Shown: positions 17,904-25,700 of the stretch, piece after piece
How positions within the stretch are numbered: position 1 is the stretch's first letter
Layout of the letters: each line of letters begins with the position of its first letter
Source of the DNA: a bacterium
GTDB lineage: Bacteria > Zhuqueibacterota > Zhuqueibacteria > Oceanimicrobiales > Oceanimicrobiaceae
Direction of reading: 5' to 3'
DNA length: 29,812 bases
Assembly: GCA_037446635.1 (NCBI GenBank)
Contig: JBBIIG010000051.1
Location: 1 to 29,812, forward strand
The notes under the pieces: model-generated
The model's input: the letters and a program-made list of their open reading frames with translations, nothing else
What the model was told of the DNA's origin: nothing
The model's database searches: none
Made by a program: the position numbers and the translations under genes

Positions 17904-18773
17904 ATGAGGGCCATCTGGAAAGGACACATTCGGTTTTCGCTGGTGACGATTCCCATCCGAATCTACAACGCCATCGAGACCTCCGAAAGCATCAGTTTCA
18001 ACCAGTTGCACAAAGGGTGCAACGGCAATATCGGTTACGAAAAGAAGTGCAAAAAATGCGGCGAAGTGGTGAAAAACGAGAACATCGTCAAGGGCTACAA
18101 GTACGAGCCGGATCAATACGTTATCATCGAGGACAGCGACTTCGAAAAGGTGCGGCTGAAAAGCACGAAGGTAATCGAAATCGAAGGCTTCGTGGATGCC
18201 ACCGAAGTTCATCACTCATTATTTGAGGCGCCCTATTACGCCGGCCCGGACGGCGACGTGGCGTCGAAGGCCTACGCCCTGCTCTGCCAGACTTTGAAGG
18301 ACACCGGCAAAATCGGCATTGGCCGCGTGGTACTGCGCGACCGCGAAAACGTCATGCTTCTGACGGCGCAAGACAACGGCATCCTCATGTACAAGCTGCG
18401 GTATCCCAACGAAATCCGCAGCATCGCCGAAGTGCCGATGTTAGATCACACCAAGACTAGCGCCGATGAATTGAAGCTGGCGCGCACACTGGTGGAGTCA
18501 ATGGCGAAATCCTTCGATGAAATCGAAATGAAGGACCGTTATAATGACGCGCTGCGCGAAATGATTCAGGCCAAGATCGAAGGCAAGGAAGTGGTGTCGG
18601 TGGAAGTTGAAGAAAAGCCGGTGGTGGACATTATGGCCGCGCTGAAGGCCAGCATCGAACAGGCCAAGAAAGAAAAGAAACCGATGGAGAAGGCCACAGG
18701 CAAAAAGAAAGCGGCGAAGGAAGAAGTGGTGGTGGTCAAACAAGAGAGGACGAAGAAGCGCAAAGTGGCGTGA
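17904..18773 (+). CDS. ku: NHEJ DNA end-binding protein Ku
   Basis: MRAIWKGHIRFSLVTIP, IVKGY, PYY, LRYPNEIR, VVDIMAALKAS, Lys-rich tail; GAGGTG SD. Confidence 0.97.
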   Translation: MRAIWKGHIRFSLVTIPIRIYNAIETSESISFNQLHKGCNGNIGYEKKCKKCGEVVKNENIVKGYKYEPDQYVIIEDSDFEKVRLKSTKVIEIEGFVDATEVHHSLFEAPYYAGPDGDVASKAYALLCQTLKDTGKIGIGRVVLRDRENVMLLTAQDNGILMYKLRYPNEIRSIAEVPMLDHTKTSADELKLARTLVESMAKSFDEIEMKDRYNDALREMIQAKIEGKEVVSVEVEEKPVVDIMAALKASIEQAKKEKKPMEKATGKKKAAKEEVVVVKQERTKKRKVA

Positions 18774-18843
18774 GTGAATCATTTCAAAAAAAGAAACTGT
18801 TGAAAAAACAGAATGAATAAATTTTCAGAAGAACTGTGATGAT

Positions 18844-18969
18844 AGTCCCCTCCTTTGAAAAGGAGGGACAGGGAGGATTTGATTGTTAAATTGGACGTCA
18901 TGCTGTCGAAATCCCTTTCCGCGAAGCGGATTCGCTTGGCGGAAAATCCCCTTTTTCCAAAGGGGGACT
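18844..18969. repeat. REP-like inverted doublet containing a 28-bp TTCCGCGAAGCGG...GGCGGAA palindromic unit
   Basis: AGTCCCCTCCTTTGAAAAGGAGGG...AATCCCCTTTTTCCAAAGGGGGACT; internal unit at 18917-18944. Confidence 0.75.
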
Positions 18970-19000
18970 TCTTACTCTTAGAAGAGAGTTAACAGCTGAA

Positions 19001-19384
19001 ATGGAATTATTGAATCATTGCGTTTACTCTTTGTGCGATCAAGGTTACAAAGCCTTGCCACAACTGCTGGCGAAGGATTACAAAATTAAAGTCACGAGTA
19101 GGCTCAAACGGCGATTCGTAATTGATAACGCAGGCAAGCATGTCAAAGTCAATATTATTGGTGAGGCAATCAAAGCTCGTCAAAGGGTAACTATCGTCGG
19201 AGATTGCAAGCTTCGTTTGTCAAAAGCTGATATCTATAAGTTTCTTCGAAGAAAGATTAATCGACTGAATCCAACTTACAAAAACATCTTCCCAATTTTA
19301 GTTACGCACATGATCACCGAACCCGACACCGACGAATACGCCAAAAAGAAGGGCGTCGCGTTGTATTATTCATACGACTTTTGA
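19001..19384 (+). CDS. Hypothetical protein resembling the PD-(D/E)XK-like C-terminal domain of coiled-coil proteins
   Basis: YKALPQLL, KVNIIG, IVGDCK, IFPILVT, YA..KGVALYYSYDF; lower GC than neighbours. Confidence 0.55.
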   Translation: MELLNHCVYSLCDQGYKALPQLLAKDYKIKVTSRLKRRFVIDNAGKHVKVNIIGEAIKARQRVTIVGDCKLRLSKADIYKFLRRKINRLNPTYKNIFPILVTHMITEPDTDEYAKKKGVALYYSYDF

Positions 19385-19392
19385 AAAGACGA

Positions 19393-20025
19393 ATGGCCAA
19401 AATTTTAAAACTACCCGTTCCACCGCCGGCCAAACTGGGATTCGAGAAGGTCAAAAAACGGCGGAAAAAAGACACGGACGATCCGAGCCAATTGAGTTTA
19501 TTTAGCGGGACAACCCCGCACGGCGCCCGGGTGGTGAGTCTGCCTTCGCGACTCGGTCCGTTTGAAGAAGCGCTGATGTTAGACGAGCGCGGCGACCGCC
19601 TCGCCGCCGAAAAATACTGGCGCGCCATCGAAGCGGGCGATGGCGTGGCCGACGCCTACTGCAACTTGGGCATCATCGAATCGCATAGCGGCCGCGCCGC
19701 CAAAGCCTACGACTGCTTCACTCAATCTTTAAAACACGATGCTCGTCACATGGAAGCGCACTACAATCTCGGCAATCTTTATTTCGACGACGGCGACCTG
19801 CGGCTGGCGCGCGTGCATTATGAAATCGCTGCGGAGATTGATCCGAATTTTCCGAACACCTATTTCAATCTCGGACTGGTGCTGGCCATCACCGAAGATT
19901 ACGCCGGCGCCATCACTGCGCTCAACAAATACAAAGAGATCGTTTCGCCCGCCGAGGGCCGTAAAGCCGACGAACTGTTGGCTACTTTGAAAACGCTCGT
20001 CCGCGGCGCAGCGGTCAAAAGTTGA
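19393..20025 (+). CDS. TPR protein with a basic N-terminal arm and QLSLF motif
   Basis: Repeats AYCNLG, AHYNLG, TYFNLG at 34-aa spacing; ATG 19393 preferred over TTG 19381. Confidence 0.88.
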   Translation: MAKILKLPVPPPAKLGFEKVKKRRKKDTDDPSQLSLFSGTTPHGARVVSLPSRLGPFEEALMLDERGDRLAAEKYWRAIEAGDGVADAYCNLGIIESHSGRAAKAYDCFTQSLKHDARHMEAHYNLGNLYFDDGDLRLARVHYEIAAEIDPNFPNTYFNLGLVLAITEDYAGAITALNKYKEIVSPAEGRKADELLATLKTLVRGAAVKS

Positions 20026-20029
20026 GTAC

Positions 20030-20190
20030 TAAACACCGAAATACAGTGAAAGCACCGAAGTCCGCATCGAGACGCTTTAGCAGTACCCAACCAAAGTTTA
20101 TGCAGATTCTGAAATCAGAGATGAAGACTGAAATCAAAAGCCAATTACTCGATTCAGATTGTCCTGTGTTCGGTGAAATTCGGTGTTTAA
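20030..20190. repeat. Inverted pair of CACCGAA-unit arrays
   Basis: TAAACACCGAAATACAGTGAAAGCACCGAA (20030-20059) and TTCGGTGAAATTCGGTGTTTAA (20169-20190). Confidence 0.65.
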
Positions 20191-20210
20191 ATTCTATTTT
20201 TTGTCCGCCA

Positions 20211-20239
20211 TTGAAATCAATAAACGGTATTGTTAGAAT
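20211..20239 (+). promoter_or_regulatory. sigma70 promoter for the DUF1573 gene
   Basis: TTGAAA, 17 nt, extended TGn-TAGAAT; GAGGAG SD downstream. Confidence 0.7.
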
Positions 20240-20267
20240 AAACTGAAAAAATGAGGAGCGCCAAACG

Positions 20268-20681
20268 ATGAGACCAAAAATCTTGTTCACGTTGATTCTT
20301 TTTCTTCTCTTCTTTACCGCGGCCGTAATCGCGCAGGAAAAAGAGCCGGAGAAACCCAAGACCCCGGCCCCGCATCTTGTCATCAAAAAATTGGAGCACA
20401 ATTTTGGGGAGGTCAAGGCTGCCGCGCTGAACCACACCTTCGAGTTCGAAAATCAGGGGGACGATACGCTGCGCGTTCACAGCGTGAAGGCTTCCTGCGG
20501 CTGCACCACCACTAAATACGACAAAGTGATCGCGCCGGGAAAAAAGGGCGAAGTCACCCTCGCCATTGCAGACACCAAAAACTACCAGGGGGAAGTGGTG
20601 AAAAGCGCCACCGTCGCCACCAACGATCCCGACCAGCCGACTTTTCGGCTGACGTTGCGGGCAAATTTTAAGAAAGAGTAG
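20268..20681 (+). CDS. DUF1573 Ig-like secreted protein
   Basis: Signal peptide; HNFGEV, HTFEFENQG...L...VKASCGCT, IAPGKKG, TNDP. Confidence 0.88.
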   Translation: MRPKILFTLILFLLFFTAAVIAQEKEPEKPKTPAPHLVIKKLEHNFGEVKAAALNHTFEFENQGDDTLRVHSVKASCGCTTTKYDKVIAPGKKGEVTLAIADTKNYQGEVVKSATVATNDPDQPTFRLTLRANFKKE

Positions 20682-20696
20682 TGGCCTGCTGTAGTC

Positions 20697-20726
20697 CGTA
20701 GGGGCGATTCATGAATCGCCCCTACG
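20697..20726. repeat. GTAG-family REP, perfect 30-bp palindrome
   Basis: CGTAGGGGCGATTCATGAATCGCCCCTACG. Confidence 0.9.
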
Positions 20727-21095
20727 AAATACCACACCCGAAAACAGAAGCTTTCAAAGTAGTTCTTATTCATGCAGTAGTGTTTTCACTCCATTCACGG
20801 GTTTGGTCAGGCCTTTTTCTTGGCGAAGGCAAATTGTTATATCCTCTACGCCTAAATCAGCACAGCGAGTCAAAAGATAATGCGTAACTTGTATATCAAC
20901 TCGGAAAAACGCAACACTGGGTTGAAACACGAAAAGACGGCGTGTTCATAGTGACTTCCTACCCTTTCGCATGGGGTGTCATAGAAGGAGAGATTATAAA
21001 TCAATCAGGCTAATTCCAAGATTGAAATGCCACCAATACTCTCCCCAAAAATACTGAAAAATCCTCAAAACTCTTTCGATTTACCATAATTCAAA

Positions 21096-22286
21096 TCATC
21101 GATTTTCGCTCACCGCGCGCACATTCTTGGGCGGCTCGGGAGGGATAGTGTCCGCTGATGCGCCGCCGCGGCCGGTGTGCGTCCAATCGGTCCAGCCCAT
21201 ATTTTTTCCCGGACTGGTGGGCGTCGGCGCCGGGAAATTGGCGCCGTAAAAATAATTCACCAAATGCGGCTGCCAGGTGTCGTCGCCCTCGGCCGGGTAG
21301 GTGGTCCCGCCGGTAAAGTGCGGGGTGTGCAGCCACTGGTAGGCGCGCAGGATGGCCCGATCCTCCCAATTCCACACATCGTATCCCAAACGATTTAAAA
21401 TAACCGCCGTCACCAGCACCGCCTGCAGCGCTTCATAAACATACCCCTCTTTGGGCGGCGGCCACGTAAACCCGCCGCCCCGGCGCTGATCGTCCGGCAA
21501 CACACCATCGACGTTTTGGCCATTTTTAACCGCCCCTTTTGGATTGATGCCCACGGGCTGGCTGGCATCCGCCTGCCAGGATAAATCGCCGTAGGAAAAA
21601 CCGGCATACGAGCTTCGGTCTCCCAGCCAGCCTTTGAAGATTTGCGCCACGCGCGCGATTTCACTTTGCGGGTCGCGGCAGCCCGCCGGCAGCCCCTGGC
21701 AAGCGTCCGCGGGAGCGCCGTATTTGTTCAAATAAGCCGCCACGGCGGTGCGGGCAGCAAGCGTCATCAGTCCCCAGTTGTTGGGCCGGTTTTCGCTGGC
21801 CTCGATGATCCAGCGGCCGTCGAGCACTTTGTAGCGCACGTCGCTAATCCACTTACGAAACGGCGCCTCGCGGGCGGGGTCGAAGTTGGGAAAATCGATC
21901 ACTTCCGCGGCAATTACATAACTGGGGAGGTTGCGACCCAAAGAGAGGGCGTTGCCGTTGTCCTCCGTGCCAATGGCGGACAGAATGTTGTCGGCGGCGC
22001 GGGCGCGGTAGCTGGCGCCGGCGCCGGTCAAACCCAAGCGCGCGGCTACCAAAGCCTGAGCCAAAGTGTAGGTATCGTGTTTATCATCGTGGCCGCCGGC
22101 GGCCTGGCCAAAATCCTCATCCGCCACCGCTTTGACGGCGTCCCAAGCCGGCCCGGAGGTGGGCAGCGCAGCAATTTCTTCGGGACTAATCCAAATGCCT
22201 CGAGTCGTATTTTGCGCAAAAACCAAAGTGGGCAAACCAACCAGCGCCAAAAGAACAAGCTTCATCCGCTGACCGTTTTTTTGCAT
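21096..22286 (-). CDS. Secreted alginate-lyase-like (PF05426-type) protein
   Basis: Signal peptide; YVIAAEVI..., F..W, RPNNWG, FKGWLGDR, DG.LPDDQRRGG, Y.YEALQ; ends in DTIPPEPPKNVRAV. Substrate is inferred. Confidence 0.65.
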   Translation of the reverse strand: MQKNGQRMKLVLLALVGLPTLVFAQNTTRGIWISPEEIAALPTSGPAWDAVKAVADEDFGQAAGGHDDKHDTYTLAQALVAARLGLTGAGASYRARAADNILSAIGTEDNGNALSLGRNLPSYVIAAEVIDFPNFDPAREAPFRKWISDVRYKVLDGRWIIEASENRPNNWGLMTLAARTAVAAYLNKYGAPADACQGLPAGCRDPQSEIARVAQIFKGWLGDRSSYAGFSYGDLSWQADASQPVGINPKGAVKNGQNVDGVLPDDQRRGGGFTWPPPKEGYVYEALQAVLVTAVILNRLGYDVWNWEDRAILRAYQWLHTPHFTGGTTYPAEGDDTWQPHLVNYFYGANFPAPTPTSPGKNMGWTDWTHTGRGGASADTIPPEPPKNVRAVSENR

Positions 22287-22394
22287 GTTGGTTCCTTTTT
22301 TGAAATTGGATTCATGTAAGAATTACAATAAGGTATCGCCTACAAACCGCAAGACGCACAACGCAAAGTTGGAGAACGGGTTGATCAAGATTCG

Positions 22395-22410
22395 AGCAAT
22401 CGGTATGCCA
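22395..22410 (-). promoter_or_regulatory. sigma54 promoter upstream of the lyase gene
   Basis: TGGCAT-ACCGA-TTGCT with canonical GG-N10-GC spacing, about 110 nt upstream of the start. Confidence 0.75.
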
Positions 22411-22437
22411 GCAGAAACCGAGATGGCGGTGATGAGC

Positions 22438-22606
22438 GGGGCTGTCCAATTTCGGCAAAGCCCTGCCTGCGCAGGCCCGCCTGCCTGTCCGCTTGGCGGA
22501 TCCGCTTCGGCGGAAGGCTCGTGGCGGGCAGGCAGGCGATCCGCTTCGCGGAATAGACTCCCGCTAAAAACATGCGGGAGCGACAGATGGACTTTTTGGA
22601 CAGCCC
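22438..22606 (-). mobile_element. MITE/REP-like composite element, copy A (carries a 75-bp nested insert)
   Basis: Terminal IRs GGGCTGTCCAA / TTGGACAGCCC; the reverse complement aligns with copy B at 27605-27686 except for the insert at 22462-22536. Confidence 0.7.
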
Positions 22607-22747
22607 TTATCCCTTATAGTGAAAGTCGGCTTAAGCTGACTGGAGTTCAATACTCTAATCCGACAGACTCTTGTACTATACTCCCGATCCTTTTCGGGCT
22701 GAGCCGAACCGCTGTGCGAACTGATCTCCGTGTTCGATACTCGCCGC

Positions 22748-25700
22748 CTATTTCACCATCGTCAGCTTGCGTGCAGCTTCCCAGCGCGGGGTTTGCAAAC
22801 GATAGACATACACACCGGAGGCCGCCAGCGAGCCGCGATCGTCTTTTCCATCCCAGTGGAGGCGGTACTGGCCCGGCGCCCGCTCTTCATCGAAAAGCGT
22901 ACGCACCAATTCACCTTTGATGTTGAAAATCTTTAGCGCGACGCGGGTTCGCTCCGGCAAGTTGAATTTAATCTCGGTGCCGGCGTTGAAGGGGTTGGGA
23001 TAATTTTGGAACAGGGCGAACTCAGTCGGCAGCGGTTCATTTTCTAATTCAGATTGTTCGTCGGTTTGAGTTGCCGGCGCCACCAACATCGCCCGGCGGA
23101 CAAACACATCTTCCGCGCTCCATCCTGCCGCCAAGATTTCTACGGGCAATTTCACGACGACATCCTCGACGAAAACAGATTGGCCCGCCTTCTTTAAATA
23201 ACCTATCAGCGTCACGTAGTCATCGCCGACATGCGAACGAATCAACAGATTGTGTTCGTTTTCCAACTCCAGTGGAGATGAAAACCGCATCTTCGCCGGG
23301 TCAAATTTCAGGTGGATAAAAAATCCGCGCAGAACGATGGGTTTGATCGACGCAATGGCCAGGTCTTTTTCGCCGGCAACTATGCGAAACGCCGAAGCGG
23401 CTTCAGCCTCTGACAACTCTTGTTTCGAGAATTGAATGTTCGCAGCGGAGTGGCCGTCGCCGTCCATGAGCTGCAGCACATCCGCGAGATCGACGTTGCC
23501 GCTGCCGTCGCGATCGCCGCGTGGATCGAAACTTGATTTTCCCAAAACCATCTGCTCCATCTCCATCAAACTGAGGGGCTGCGAAGCGGTGGTTTTGAAG
23601 GTCAGCGCAGAACTGGTCGCCACAAAATCGCTGGCGCTGAAACCGGTTCCGAAGGCGGTGGTCACGCTGATCTTGCCGGTGGTGGCGCCCGCCGGCACCC
23701 GCGCGCGGATCTGGTTTTCCGAATCGATGGTCACGGCGGCGGCGACGGCGCCGTTGAACCGGACCGTCAAATTGGGGGAGATTCCTAACGTGGAGAGAAT
23801 GGCGTCGAGCCACACGCCCGCCATCACGCTGTAGCCGGCGTCGTTAGGATGAACGTCGTCCGCCAAATACTGGGTTGACCAACTGGAGTTGGAAACAAAC
23901 GCTTCGTTCATCCCCGCATAAAAAACGTTGTGGCCGGAGTTCTGCTTAACCGGAATCAAATCGCGAATGTAATTATTCAAGGTGTTGGTGGCGCCATTTT
24001 TGGAATCGCTGCGCGGGATGACGCTGGCAAGGATGGTGACAATGTTGGCGTCAAACGTTTTAATGGCGTCCAAAATCGCGCTGATTTCATTGAGGGTGCT
24101 GGCCGGCGTCTGCAACTCCGACATGTCGTTGGTGCCGATATGCAGCAGAATCATGTCTGGCGGGTTGGAAGTGAGATACGAATTCAGCTCGGCGAGAATC
24201 TCATCGGCGCGGTAGCCGCTGTGGCCCTCGTGGTCGGAATCGAAGCCAGAACCGTGGTTGCGGGTGCCGACAAAATTATATGAGACGCCGCTGCTGCCGA
24301 GCATCTCAGCCAGGTCGTTGCGGTAACCGGCGTTGTCGGTGGAGCCGTGCACCCCCTGGGTGATGGAATCCCCCAACGGCATGATGCGAATCGTGCCGCT
24401 GGTTCCGCCGCCGGCCGCGCCGATAAAGTTGGCGCCGACGATCGTCACCTCCGTTCCCGCTCCTCCGGATGCCGGCGAAAAGGAGGCAATGCTCGGCAGC
24501 GTCGAGCTTCCTTCGCCGGTTTCAATGACCAATTCGGGAATCTGCGCCCCCTCTTTGGAGCTGTAGTTGGCGAGATCGTTCGCATTTGTTTTGATGGCGA
24601 AGCTGTACACCCCGTCGCCGCTGATGGCCGCCGTGACATCAAATTCAACCACTTCGTTCAAATCGACAGCGCCGCGCGAACTCAGCGGACTGCCCGTAAT
24701 CGCCGGCGCGTTGGTGGCGTTCAAATTATCTTCGTTCCACGGCGAACTGGAGGCGCTGAAATTATTCGAAACCGAATAGATCGCGCCGCCCTCAACGCTG
24801 GCGTCGATCACCCACAGCCGCAGAGCGGCCCGCTGCACGGCGCCCGACAAACCGCTGACGTTAAATTTTAAGTAGGAAACAAAATCCGCTGACGAGCTTT
24901 TGCGCACCCGCAGCTCATCGGCGCCGCCGTAGTTGTTCGTCGGATAATTCGATCGGACAAACGCATCTTCGACGGGATGAAACGTAAACGTCCCGGACGG
25001 ACTCGGGTCTGGATCTGGCTCCGGATCCGGCTCGGGATCGGGCTCCGGTTCGTTCACAATAAAATTCTGCGCGCTCGTCCCGGTACCGCTGCTGTTACTG
25101 ACGCCGATGGGACCAGTGGCGGCGTTGGACGGAACGACGGCGCGAATTTGCGTGGTCGAGCTTACCACAAAGCTGGCCGCTGCCGCGCCGTTAAACGCCA
25201 CGCCGGTGACGCCGCTAAATCCGCTGCCCGTGATGGTCACCTCGCTGCCAACCGCGCCGCTGGTGGGCGAAAAACTCGTGATGGTTGGCGCTGGCGGGGG
25301 CGGAGGCGGCGGCTGCGAATCGCCGCTCATTTGAATCACCAATTGCGGAGATTGAACGCCTTCCTTCGAGCTGTAATTCGCCAGATCATTGGTGGCGCTG
25401 CGGATGGCAAAACTATAAACTCCGCTGCCGGTAACGGCGGCGGAAACATCGAACTCCACCGTCTCCCCAAGCGCGACGCCGCCCAACGAGCTCAGTGGAC
25501 TCCCGTTGAGTTCGGGCGCGTTATTAAAATCCAAATTGGCTTCGTTCCACGACGAGGAGGTTCCATTAAAATTATTCGCCACCAAAAAAATCGCGCCGCC
25601 ATCCGCGCTTTCATCGATGACCTGCAGGCGAATCTTCGCCTGTTGAACGCTCGCCGTCAAACCAGCGACGTTAAACTTCAAATAAGTGATAAAATCCGCT

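Noticed and set aside
15291..20025. NHEJ cluster as a prophage or integrative element
   Set aside because: No integrase, phage genes or att-like direct repeats seen.
20485..20510. Possible selenocysteine in the DUF1573 CGC motif, given selA in the window
   Set aside because: Codons are TGC-GGC-TGC. I saw no in-frame TGA with a convincing read-through or redox motif in the genes I checked.
20765..21000. Short minus-strand ORFs (MNTPSFRVSTQCCVFPS*, and a 54-aa GTG ORF) after a TATAAT
   Set aside because: No recognisable motif and poor -35; UGA read-through hits another stop 12 codons later.
22620..22745. Possible tRNA or tRNA-Sec (GTTCGATAC, small hairpins)
   Set aside because: Could not build a cloverleaf or acceptor stem by eye; tRNAscan-SE or Aragorn would settle it.
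22285..22920. 211-aa plus-strand ORF
   Set aside because: Reads through the palindromic composite element and the antisense end of the large gene; not protein-like.
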